From Spongospora subterranea f. sp. subterranea (Eukaryota), in the NCBI GenBank assembly GCA_049724395.1, contig JAUGWO010000069.1:248001-312000 (forward strand): DNA of 64,000 nt. The letters are read 5' to 3'. Of the stretch, positions 50,601 to 63,600 are shown one piece after another. The position numbers and the translations under genes are program-made. Position 1 is the first letter of the stretch; each line of letters begins with the position of its first letter. A model generated the notes under the pieces. That model saw only the letters and a list, made by a program, of their open reading frames with translations, was not told the DNA's origin and made no database searches.

Positions 50601-52529
50601 TCAGAATACCTCAGTGAATAGAGTGCAGTTCATGGTCTTATTAACTTGCCCATTGATCTCATCCGTCATAACGAATGATATACGGGAGCGGAATCGCTCC
50701 AATCGCTGTGCTAGATTCGCACCGGTATATCCAGCGCCTAAATGATTGAACCCATACGATATATCAACCATCCTGGTCTTCTTATAACGCATTGACTCTT
50801 TTCCTGTCCCGAATAGACCAACAGCTCCGATACACAGATTATCCACCATAATATCAATACGAGATTGATAAACTGTCGATTCTAGATCAGCGATTTTGAG
50901 AACAATATGGGTTGAGGTGATGTGGCTCTTCTCATATCTGGTCATGAACTGGTCAGATAACGATCGCCCGATAACGATGGTGGTCAATGTGTTCTGGTTA
51001 CGGAAGCCATTGGACTGGCCAGAGAGAGTAGGAAGAGGGGAATCCGTAGATTTTGAGGAGAAAGGCGTGCTGGACATCGACATATGACTTGAGGCAGACA
51101 TGGAGTCATGAGATGAACTCATCAAGGGGGAAACTGTGTTCATGGGTGGGGGAACTGTGTTGACCGTTGAGCCAGCAGATGCGCTCATAACGTTGAACCC
51201 TGCGCTGCCGGTTGGTCCGGAAGAAACAATGTTGCTCGATGAGCCTATTGATGGGTTCATCGAGAACGAAACTGCGTTGCCCGTTGAACCGGACGATGGG
51301 CTCATGGATGAAGAAACTGTGTTGCCCGTTGAACCTGACGACGGGTTCATGGAAGACGAAAATGTGTTGCCCGTTGAACCTGACGATGGGTTCATGGAGG
51401 ACGAAAATGTGTTGCCCGTTGAACTTGACGATGGGCTCATGGATGAAGAAACTGTGTTGCCCGTTAAACCTGACGATGGGTTCATGGAGGACGAAACTGT
51501 GTTGCCCGTTGAACCTGGCGATGGGTTCATCGACGGGGAACCTGCATTCTGAGGGCCACCAGTTGAGACTGACGCGTTAGACGGTGAGTTAAGAGGAGCT
51601 GCGCCCATGGACGTGTTAGAAGTTGAGGATGAAACGCTGTTGAGAGGAGGGGATGGGGACAATGATGGAGATGAGGGTGAGGGTGCAATCCACCCTGAAT
51701 AATCATTGGCAATAGCTATGAAATTGGCCGACCCCCAACTCGTAATAACTGAACGGTTAGCGAATGGGGATAAATCCCTGGAAGCAGTAATCTCCCATCT
51801 AAACCAGCACCTATCAACGTTCTTATGATGGGAATAGAAGATCGGATCATATGATGCAAAGGATAAGTATCCCATATCCCCAGATACGGAGATATGAAGA
51901 AGGTTATGAGCATCTTCTAGAGCATTAGAGAAGTTCACCATATCATTTCTCGACATCGCCAATGCCTCGGCCTCAGCCAGCTGTATGGTCGGGAATGAAG
52001 GGACAATATCCCGGGTGGTCATTCCAGATGGAGGACGCCATCCAGACTTCAACGGATTTGGCCATGTCTGGCCAGACGCGTCTGTGTAGTTGTTCTCAAG
52101 GAACGCCAACGGAACAGAATCTGATGACCAATCCCTATTGAGGTTGATGATCAGTTGTCGATAAAAGGAGAAGAAAATGGTAATACCAATATGGGATCGA
52201 ATGATTGAGAGCAGCTTCCATGTATTTCAGATGGTCTCGATGCCTGAAACCATCAATTTGGTCAAAACTGGTAACCATGAAGTTAAATAGACAGACCATG
52301 GGAGAAAGTTGATGTCGCCATGAACACACAATTCTTTGGGCAGTCCATGAGCTCCGGCCACTTCTTTATAACGACCAGTGCTCATAGCTATTCGAACGTG
52401 GTCACGATAGATATTCAGTTGCGTTAGAGTCATATTCATGATATTCATTGGAGGCGCGAACCCCTCAGACCATGACGGAAATATGAGCAATATACTGCAG
52501 ATTAACCCTAATGATGAAATTCCAGTCAT
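50601..52529 (-). CDS. Secreted tyrosinase/polyphenol oxidase with Ser-rich repeat linker and C-terminal domain
   Basis: Signal peptide; CuA AHG...CVHG..FLPW|HR; IPYW|DW; CuB HNLLH...ASYDPIFYSHHKNVDR; two short introns. Confidence 0.92.
51215..51530 (-). repeat. Seven in-frame 45-bp repeats (MNPSSGSTGNTVSSS)
   Basis: Visible both in the DNA (GTGTTGCCCGTTGAACCTGACGATGGGTTCAT) and in the protein. Confidence 0.95.
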
Positions 52530-53420
52530 TTCAATGAGTTCAATAAAACCCGATTACTTTAAAACAAAGCAATTATCGTGTGAGATAAGACGTCACTAAT
52601 ACGTCCGATGATCTTCGTAGAAGTGACTCATCAACAACCGGATTAGTTCCGAGGATGTGGGTTGAATCACGTGTTCGTAAATAACCGACACACTGCATGG
52701 ACTACCAGGAGGTTTTTAGAAAGGGAACTTATCAATAAAATTATGTGCATCTTGGCTACTTTTGCCTGAGCTCAAAACTACTAAGTTGGAAAATCCGTTG
52801 AGCCCTTCTCACAGCTTCCCAAGAACAGTCTATGCCGACCTGTGCACTTTAGACCGTTGTTAATGCTTAAAAATATTTGGTTCTGATCTGCTCAAAAGAG
52901 GTGCAAGAAACTAGGATTAAGAAAAATCCATAGTGTCAATGAACTCCTGACGGCAAAGAGAACGTACAGATATCTGGGAAACTTTGGCTGCATGTACAAG
53001 GGTATTGATAAGCAACACGGGGCAGGGAACATTCTTCTAACCGCTGCTTGCCTATCATCTTCTGTCATATGCTATTGCGAGCCAGAGAACCTGTAAACGA
53101 ACGTTTCCGTTGTCGTTCGCAACAAAAGCTGGATCTTCAGTTTGTCCTCGACATCACTTCTCAGAAAACGGTACAGACTATCGTCTTGTCTGCCTTTATA
53201 GCTCTGCAGAAAAAGCATCGGAAGTCGTTATTCCTTTGCGGTTTATGCAACGTTGTCGACGATGAGCAGTAACCAGAGCGCTTCAAGTTTGTATGGCCAT
53301 GGTCTTGGTGACATGCGGGAGAATGTATTGTCGCCCTATATTCGTCAAACAACGAAGCGCGAAGACGATGAACTTCCTCCGCTTACACCATTGCTGGTTG
53401 ATTGATCAAGGTGTGATTTG

Positions 53421-55197
53421 ACAATACTGTACCAATGTGCAGTACCATCGTATATACGACAACAGTATGAGATAGTGTTACACCGACAATACTGTACCAA
53501 TGTGCAGTACCATCGTATATACGACAACAGTATGAGATAGTGTTACACCGACAATACTGTACCAATGTGCAGTACCATCGTATATACGACAACAGTATGA
53601 GATAGTGTTTCACCAACAATACTGTACCAATGTGCAGTACCATCGTATATACGACAACAGTATGAGATAGTACCAATGTCGTACCATCCGTATATACGAC
53701 AACAGTATGAGATAGTGTTACACCAACAATACTGTACCAATGTGCAGTACCATCGTATATACGACAACAGTATGAGATAGTGTTACACCAACAATACTGT
53801 ACCAATGTGCAGTACCATCGTATATACGACAACAGTATGAGATAGTGTTACACCAACAATACTGTACCAATGTGCAGTACCATCGTATATACGACAACAC
53901 AATACTGTACCAAGTATATACGACAACAGTATGAGATAGTGTTACACCAACAATACTGTACCAATGTGCAGTACCATCGTATATACGACAACAGTATGAG
54001 ATAGTGTTACACCAACAATACTGTACCAATGTGCAGTACCATCGTATATACGACAACAGTATGAGATAGTGTTACACCAACAATACTGTACCAATGTGCA
54101 GTACCATCGTATATACGACAACAGTATGAGATAGTGTTACACCAACAATACTGTACCAATGTGCAGTACCATCGTATATACGACAACAGTATGAGATAGT
54201 GTTACACCAACAATACTGTACCAATGTGCAGTACCATCGTATATACGACAACAGTATGAGATAGTGTTACACCAACAATACTGTACCAATGTGCAGTACC
54301 ATCGTATATACGACAACAGTATGAGATAGTGTTTCACCAACAATACTGTACCAATGTGCAGTACCATCGTATATACGACAACAGTATGAGATAGTGTTTC
54401 ACCAACAATACTGTACCAATGTGCAGTACCATCGTATATACAACAGTATGAGATAGTGTTACACCAACAATACTGTACCAATGTGCAGTACCATCGTATA
54501 TACGACAACAGTATGAGATAGTGTTACACCAACAATACTGTACCAATGTGCAGTACCATCGTATATACGACAACAGTATGAGATAGTGTTACACCAACAA
54601 TACTGTACCAATGTGCAGTACCATCGTATATACGACAACAGTATGAGATAGTGTTACACCAACAATACTGTACCAATGTGCAGTACCATCGTATATACGA
54701 CAACAGTATGAGATAGTGTTACACCGACAATACTGTACCAATGTGCAGTACCATCGTATATACGACAACAGTATGAGATAGTGTTTCACCAACAATACTG
54801 TACCAATGTGCAGTACCATCGTATATACGACAACAGTATGAGATAGTGTTTCACCAACAATACTGTACCAATGTGCAGTACCATCGTATATACGACAACA
54901 GTATGAGATAGTGTTACACCAACAATACTGTACCAATGTGCAGTACCATCGTATATACGACAACAGTATGAGATAGTGTTACACCAACAATACTGTACCA
55001 ATGTGCAGTACCATCGTATATACGACAACAGTATGAGATAGTGTTACACCAACAATACTGTACCAATACTGTACAACAATGTGCAGTACCATCGTATATA
55101 CGACAACAGTATGAGATAGTGTTACACCAACAATACTGTACCAATGTGCAATACCATCGTATATACGACAGCAGTATGAGATAGTGTTACACCAACA
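53421..55197. repeat. 65-bp tandem satellite, about 27 near-identical units
   Basis: Unit CAATACTGTACCAATGTGCAGTACCATCGTATATACGACAACAGTATGAGATAGTGTTACACCAA; a few internally deleted units; no spacers. Confidence 0.98.
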
Positions 55198-55959
55198 GAG
55201 GTGTAACACTATCCAATATCAGGTTACCGAGGGAGAGTGGTGTCAGGTTAATAACGAACGTTACATTGACCTTGTGTCGCTCTGTAATATGACTGTGGAT
55301 TTGGTGTGTTCGGTTGACGATACCTCCCGACCGTGCCGGTAACACTGATCGCGACTGAGGGCCCAGGTCTTGTCTGTTGAGAGGAGGTGAAGGGACTAAT
55401 GACCATTATCAATTTGTGGGAACAACGAGTGAAGCGAACCAGTATTGAGGATAACCTGATACGACTGCTCATACAGAAGCTTGGCGCTTGGTATTGGGGA
55501 CTTGGATTTGCAGATGAGACTGGTGCCGAAAGGTGTCAGGGTTGGAGATATCCTTAATTTTGCCGGATTTAGCGTCAATAAGGTTGCATTACCTCTTTCG
55601 GTTCACACATTGCTCAAAGGGTTGTTCTGAGCTGTTCAACAAATGGTCACCATCAACGATTTGGTCAAGGGTAAGTTAAACCTTAAGTATACAGGAACAG
55701 CATATCACTGACAAGCCTCAGACTATTTTATTCTGATGTAAAGGTCTAAACGTACCATACCACCATAAAAGCAAACGCTCCAAAAACCCATGACTACACG
55801 CGGAACCCTGACGTTTTTTTACAAGAGACACCTGGTTTGACATATAGCTAAACTTCACATGGGTATAAGTGGGAGATACAGAGGACTGTAATAAAGTTGA
55901 AGTGTCGGAAAGGAGGTGTAATGAGAGCGCAGTGCCGTATTCGCTAAGAGAACATCTTT

Positions 55960-56047
55960 TTGATCTGTCATTATATCTGTAGGTAATATAGCCGAATTGG
56001 ACAGAGCAATCTCTCGTGCATTATCTGTTGGCCCCATTGACTCGATT
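55960..56047 (-). pseudogene. Inverted, diverged fragment of cyclin H exon 2
   Basis: The reverse complement matches 56421-56503, including the identical run TATTACCTACAGATATAATGACAGATCA. Confidence 0.85.
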
Positions 56048-56267
56048 ACCACATTCCATATCCACCATTCACAAAGAGAGGAATTCTGGTTTGTTTTCAG
56101 TCCGCAGCGGTTGCGAGCAGGTTTCTACCAGTAAGTCCATCGTAACCCGCACATGGCGATCGGAATCAACCATAACTGAACAGGTTGGTGATCACCAGCC
56201 ACCAGTCGTCCGGGGGATTAGTCTACCGGCAATCGGTTGGACACGGGTAACTACTGATTAAAGTGCA

Positions 56268-57651
56268 ATGTCGTTATATCCTGATTCGAGCCAGAGGAGG
56301 GAATGGGTGTTGACACCAACGCAACTGGCTCAGTGAGTGGCCGGGGCAATTGATCTGGGTTGATATCAGCCCAAGATAATAATAGGGGCCGTATTCTGAT
56401 GTTGGCTATGGATTAGGAGGCGATCTAATGGGGCCAGTCGATATGCGCAAGAGATCCTTCTGTCTAATCCTGCTGTATTACCTACAGATATAATGACAGA
56501 TCACGAGCAGTATCAGCTGTTCTCCTATTATCAAAGGAGGATTAGCGAATATGGCTCTGCGTTCTCATTACCGATCGGTGTTGTGGTATGATCCAGCAAT
56601 GCTGTTTCCATTGATATGAACATGAGAGATGTGCGTCAGGGAACGGCTGTAGTCTTTTTCAAGAGATTTTATCTAAACCGAACAGTGATGGATGAAGATC
56701 CGCGATTAATCGCCGTTTCCGCATTGCTTCTGGCAACGAAGGCTGAAGAAGCTCATATTCGTGTGAGCGATCTAGCTAAAACAACTGCCATATCGACCGA
56801 GGTTGCAATGTTTTTAAATTAATGCCCAATGTTTGTGCCCTAACCGCGTTAATAGCTCTTACTGAAATTTGAACAAATTTTACTGGATGGGATCTCATTT
56901 CACCTCAAAGTCCATACACCGTTCAGAGCAGTTCAAGGACTGGTAAATTTGATTCCAGATCTGAGTAAATCAGAGATGAAGAACAGGATTGAGCTCGCAG
57001 ATATTGAGGTTATGAATGCTCTTTATACTGATGCAATATTCCTTTATACTCCATCACAAATTGCCTTGGCTTGCGTAGAGCGAACGGCATCAAATCTATC
57101 GTCACCTGCTCCTGGAAAGGATATATTCTCCATGTGTGTTAGAGGTACTTTTATTCATTCTATAAGTGATACTGACTGGTGTTTGTGTTAATGACGATAG
57201 GGTTTTGGAGCGATCCCAAAATCGCGAGGACGCCGATAAGTTGAAAGCGATCGTTAAAACCATCAACGAAATTATTGACGAATCTGTTAATTCATCTTCT
57301 AAAGGAGATCTTGATGAATTTCGAAAGTTGAAGAATAAGCGGGATCAGTGTCGGAATCTTTTTCGTGATCCAACTAGTGATTTGTACTAGAATCACGATT
57401 ATTTCGATAATGACACGTATTTATGATATTTTGATTTAGTGCCAAATCTCAACTAGTACAAATAGACGAAGCCAGAAACGCAGAACGATTAGAAAAGCAT
57501 AAAACAGGCTGACAATACTATGTGCCTGTTCCAGACAGAATTACAGGCTACAGTATCAGTTGGAATTGCTGACGATAATGAGGAGTTTGTGATTAAAACA
57601 GCGGAGGTTAAGAGAAGACGTATCAACACACGATCATCAAATGCAGGTTAA
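56268..57651 (+). CDS. CCNH: Cyclin H (CAK/TFIIH); stop either at 57512 or at 57651
   Basis: YPDSSQRREW, GTAVVFFKRFYLNRTVMDEDPRLIAVSALLLATKAEE, FEQILLDGISFHLKVHTPFR and TDAIFLYTPSQIALA. Confidence 0.92.
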
Positions 57652-58059
57652 ACCGATTATTTATATCATGTTCATTGTACATTGTTGGATATAACACAAC
57701 CTGGGCCATAATTGGGGTTTTATTCACATTTTGTTGCGTATGTTCGATAATGGTTTACGGAATCGATTAGAGTGGAAGAATTGGGATTATGGGGTAGGGA
57801 AATAGAGGACGTTTCGATAGAGAATCGGGTGGTAGAACCTTGAGATAAGATAGTATCAGCAATGCCCTATACCCTATCCACATCATGATTCAGTAGATCG
57901 GTATAATGACGATCTGGACATCATATCGAAATGTGGCAATTACTGTCAGAGCGATGAGTGAGAGTAGATCAAACCGATGGCTTTTCCTAGCAATTATTCC
58001 GATAAATTGACTAAAACAGCGAGATTTACTCAACCAGATTTAATCCTGTGACCTGAACC

Positions 58060-60595
58060 GATGTCGACACTATGTAATGCAGTTCAGGTTCGGGGCACAA
58101 TCCGATCAATTGCTATGCGTCTCCATCATCAGGAACATCGATCGAGGGGAGGATATTATGGATGAGAGAAAACGGTTGATCGAGTGCAATGGGATTAGGA
58201 AAGGGCGATCATCTGGGATAAGGAAGGGGACAGGAGGGATTAGAAGTGGAGCCGCAGAGATTGAGAAGGATTATGATGGCGATCCATCAACAGAATGGGT
58301 GAGATGAGACAGCGACCCGTATTGACGATCAAACACTGAAGAGTGTTGGGGATAGGATAAGAGAAGAGCAGCTGATCCAACATATCGCCAACCATGGGCA
58401 GCCAATTATATATTGGGGATTCAATCAAGGAATAGAGTTAGGGATATGCTGAATAGGGCTGCAGGGACGGCGATCACCAATCAGGGAAGATCCTATTCAG
58501 GGATTGCCAACACAACCAAGGAATGGATTGAGGTCGGGAGTTATTGATGGTATGTAATAGTGTTGGGGAGAGTCCCTGAACCAGATTGGTGGATATAGGG
58601 GATACGAGAGGAAGCGGAGCGAGATGTGGGTAAAGCGGTGAATATGATGGGGGACCATATTTTGATCAGGATCCTGTCGGGGAAAGATCACATGATCGAT
58701 AGGGAAACAGGCAGAGATGATAGGGATCAGATTGACGGTGAAGGAGAGGGAATGACGACAGAGGGAATCACTGGCTATCAGGGAAAAGACCATGAGGGAT
58801 ACTCACTGGGTTCATCGACAAGTATCGATCCGAATCACTGTCAGGTTCAGATTGATCACCCAGGGACAACGACGGATCAGCATGAAAATAACATCACGGC
58901 CGAGCAAGCGTCCAAAGATTGTTCAGAGATCGGGGTGAGCAATGATGATGAAGATATCGCAGACAATATATCGCCAACTTGTGGAGATGATACGATAACC
59001 GACGAGACCAATCACGCCATGTCCAACAACTCAACGACTAATAACTGTGCCTCAATTGATGATCATCATGATCATGTCCCACCTAACCAGGAAATCACAT
59101 GTCCAAATATACAGTCAATGGATGACAAACAGCCTATCGATATTGACCAAGACGACGTTGAGTACGTCAGCGATCATGTTGGCGATCTTGACCAAGATGG
59201 GGAGATAATCGATGTGCCGCCACCAATTCCTGATCTGGGAGATGCGCACCCTCCGGAACTGGACTGGACGATAGCAGATGGCGAAATGGAACTGAACAAT
59301 TTACAAGTGCGGTCGAAACGGTGTCATGATTCTCTATCACGTTGGCTACAGAACACAAAACGAGGGATCAGTCATCGCAATCGCAAGTGTGAACTGTTTC
59401 TCCAGAAAACAGTAAGAATCGTACCGATATTTCTAACAATCGCTAACTTGGCATGATTCCGGTTAAGACTTTTAACAACTGGAAGCGCAGGTGCAAATCG
59501 AGAATCAAACAGGAAAGCCAGATTAGGAAGATGCAGGCGGCCAAACTCATTGAATGTTTGATGAACGAAAACAAGACCCATTACGGGAAGAAAAAAACAG
59601 TAAAGGTCAAGTATTTGAAGGCGAAAACTGGGTTAAATTTCAAATCAAAGGACAACGTTGACATTACCGTCAATCAGAATAGGGAAAAGCACGGCGTTGT
59701 TAGTGTGATTGGGGTCCATAACGAAAATTTACACGATAATGGTATCAACGTTAAGAACAAGATGATGCCACAAAGCAAAGATAATTGTCGCAAAGAGTCA
59801 GCTCACCGCGATCAATCAGCTCAACAGGTGAGGAAGACCATCGCATGGCATGGCGTTAGCAGCAATACGACCGCACAGGCATCGGTTAATTGTGAACAGC
59901 AGCTGAGGGCTGAGAGAGCGGCGACTGCTGCTGTGGAAGCGCTGAAGAGACAACAGGAACGAGAGAGAATTAGTATGTCGATGGGGATTGGTTGAGAGTG
60001 GGTTTTGGGGAATTGATATTAAGGGATTTATAGAGATAGCAAATAGACAGAAGAGGAATCTGGCAACACTTCATCAGTATCGATCATTGATAATATATTG
60101 GGGATGGGCACCATGGCGCCGGCTCATCGAGACCCAGTACATCATGATCAACAAGGCCAATCTGATCTACGAGACATCATTGATGAAGAGAATGGTCAAT
60201 CAATGGCGCCATGCCAAGGTAATACTGTGGACGATGGAAGAGCGGGCACAACTTCACTCTAGGTAAACTAGCATAAGACCAACGCCTCTCGAGGGTTTCC
60301 ATAGTGCTGACCAACAGCTAGGCGAATTATATGGACGGCGTTGATGAAACAGTTCGCTAAAAAGCAAAACACAAAATTGAATGGAAGAAAAACCGTTTTC
60401 ATTCGACTTTGGATGAAAAAAGTAAACGAGCAGGAGAACCTCGTAATGGAATTTCGAGACCAATATGTAATCAGAAAGAATTGGATATATTGGAGGAAGC
60501 AATTGGCAGAAGTCTTACTAAAGGCTCGACGTGATACAATGTGGCAAAAAGTGCATTTATGGCTCGATAAGGATAAACAATACATATCAGATTGA
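58060..60595 (+). CDS. CCDC191/Sfi1-repeat-like coiled-coil protein (5' structure unresolved)
   Basis: Trp-periodic repeats YWGWAPWRRLI, LMKRMVNQWR, VFIRLWMK and NWIYWRK; acidic low-complexity middle region (58626-59456). Confidence 0.5.
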
Positions 60596-60612
60596 AAAAG
60601 TAAATAATTAAA

Positions 60613-63600
60613 CTATTCATCGGCATCACAGTGAACGCCAGGTGCTTGAAACCGGACTTCACGTCTGTTTCTGCTTTTTGGACTTTTGATTAACGGCATG
60701 ATATCAGCCCTAACCAATCAACTTCAAAACAATGCTTATCTGATTTGAACCAATGGCCCGACCTTAACTTCCTCAAATGCTTGTCGAATTCTGATTGTAA
60801 TACTCTGTCAGCACTACTTAAGTTATCTGACGACACGATTAGACATTACTTCAGAACGGTGTTGAATTGTACCTTGAGATGCTGAGTCCTTCGCCTCTCG
60901 CTCAATGATTGCACCATACACCTCAATACCATGTTCGCATACATCCATGAATTCTGATATCGTTTGCTTCAGTAGTTCAAGCTCATTGTTCAACTGTTGA
61001 TCTTGAGACAGAGCGGCATTGGCAGCGAAGGTTGATTCGGGTCCAAAAAATGCAAGCGCTATTTCTTTCGTTCCACCATGAACCTGAAGCATGACAGACC
61101 CCTGAAAAGTGTGATTTTTAGTGATTGAAACACGAGATTTTGGAAGTTCTGACCTGTAATAAGCTGGTTAAAACCTTTTTGTCAATGTCATCTTTTTCGT
61201 CGATCACATCTTGTAATTTCGTGACGCGCATTGCAATGTTTTCAGTTGCAGATTGCACAGGCGATAAAATCACCTAGCAAATTGTTTGGCAACGTCAGGT
61301 GAGATTGATTGCAGAAATACCTCATGAATATCGACGATAGACTGTCTTGTGATACAAGGGTTGGAAAGGTCTTTGCAACGGTGAGAACGGTGTTCCTTTT
61401 TTGTTGCATTGTGACATCCGCCGCATGGCCGGCTATGGTCATATTACTCAATTTGACGCAAAGATAAACTGCATGTACGTACTTCCAGCATCACCAACGG
61501 TAAACGGCGTAGAGAACATGAACTTGTTTACATTGGTGTTTTTGTCTAGGAACGAGCTTGCAGTTGGATCTTCAGGGACAGGTTGGACGTATGTGACTTG
61601 AATTACGTTTTCGTTTGGTGCGATTTTCGAGCGGTCAATGGGGCCAGAATCGGGCCAAATGCGTATTATCTGGCCATGGCCTAACTGTTGACCATAAGAC
61701 GTTTTCATATAATCAACAACTTCAGCACTTGAAAAAAATTGGTCAGGGTTTACCAAGATCAAGTGTCTGGGACCTACAGGCGTGTTATTTTGGGCATCTT
61801 ATAGATGTATTGTTTGCCCTCATCTGACCCAGTGCCGAAAACAGCTTTATCACCAATGAAAGTGATACGATAATAAGAGCCGAATAATCGATTTCCTGAC
61901 GCATTTTGACGAAACCAACTGAGAATATACGCTATGCAGGTGAAGATGAGCAGTGCTCAGCGCACTAAAATCCTGATGACGCTCCAAAATCGGCAAAACA
62001 ACATTTCGATAAACCTGGCTGCATCGTTCATACAGTTGTGCACGGTCCAGAGCATGACATGCAGCTAGCAAAATGCGAATAAAACGGTCAAAAAGAGATA
62101 CTCCTTCTTGATCACTTTCGATTAACTGGAGATTGTTGAACGCATGGGTCTTGGTGGCGTATCCAGGACAATTCCATTTGCTCAACTGTGTTATGGATGC
62201 ATCGCAATCTATGCAAAGCACGGAAGGCGGCAGAGTGACATTTGACGGCTCAGTTAATTCTCTTTGTGAATGCATTTCAATAATCATGACCGAAATAGCT
62301 AAAAGCGACTGTGCAGCTTCAGCATACTTTGCACGCTTATTGCAATGATCGGCTAATCTTTGAAGCCATTGTATGCGAATTGAAGGAATATGACTATAGG
62401 CTTGGGCCATTCCTACAAGTAAATCCTCATACAGGGCACAATCAGCAGCTTCTTCTTGAAGTAAACGTTCTTGTCGAGCAATCTCCCGAGTATCTGCCAG
62501 AATCGCCAGCAACTGAGTGATGACTTGATTTAAACCAGGAATTGCTGAGGACGGAATCGATCTAAAAGCTTGTGATAAACGCTGAGCAGATTCACTGGAC
62601 ATGATTTCAACCATGCTTGAAAGAGAAGATGTCACCGCTGATAAGAATAGTTTCAAAGTACCGTTTGAGGCTAAATCAGCTCCCGCAACCCAGTATAAGG
62701 TTGATGCAGCATTGGCACGAATATCGACAGAAGACGATGTACAATGGACAAGGATACGTTTGATGAGATCACTTAGCGAGTGCGATCGAAGAATGACAGG
62801 CCCGCATGCGAAAAGCAAATGTCTAAGGAGAGGATACAGGGCGACATGAATGTGGATTGGCTGTTGACAGGAGAAAATGGTTGATATCAATTGAACTATT
62901 CGATTGCAAAAATTTAACTGCCCGTCCGGCATATGGTCAGTTGAAGACTTGGGCGATACTGCTGCATTATCTGGCCATCGGGAGCCAATGCAACTGATAA
63001 TCCATTCGAAGAGACACTGTTCCAACGACTTCTGTCATACCGGACTCGAATTCGCAAAGCCTCTTAACTAGATCAAGTCCCTATAAAGCACATGAGTTAT
63101 ATAATTTTTGATGAAATTTGATGTCAGACCTCACGCCCGGAGACCGTTTCGTTCATTTTTGCACCACTTTTGTCGACTGTGCGACGTAATGAGCCATGTG
63201 CAGCCATTTGTGCCCGCTTTTGCCTTAAACTCAGTTTGACGCTACCGTTTGAAGGTGTGGATATGATTGTATTGCCTTGGGACCTTGAAGGAGATGCCCA
63301 AGACCCTCGAGATTTTGAACCAGAGGAAGGGACATTTAAGCCTGGTCCCGCGACGCCACGGGTCAGCGTTCCCATTAATGCTTCGATGTTTGATTTGAGA
63401 TCTATGCCCCCGCCACCTGAATCCACTCCGAATAAAGAAAAACAAGATTCCGGAGCTACAATGGAATCAAACTCCGCTTGAGTTCGTCCTGATATTCCAA
63501 CATAATCAAAGTGTTGAAGTGAAAGGCACAATAGCTGATCAACTCCGGTTAAGATTTCAATATCTTCTTCTTTTATCCTATAAATTAGAGTAAATCAATT

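Noticed and set aside
50460..50617. True coding overlap between the DRC-like ORF and the tyrosinase
   Set aside because: The likely real stop is TAG 50457-50459 after frameshift correction.
52600..53420. Cys-rich transposase remnant or nuclease associated with the satellite
   Set aside because: Only short stop-interrupted ORFs; no recognisable catalytic motif.
53383..55209. CRISPR array or repetitive Cys/Tyr-rich ORFs in the 65-bp array
   Set aside because: Units are contiguous with no unique spacers and no cas genes. The 65-bp unit is not a multiple of 3, so the ORFs simply cycle through frames.
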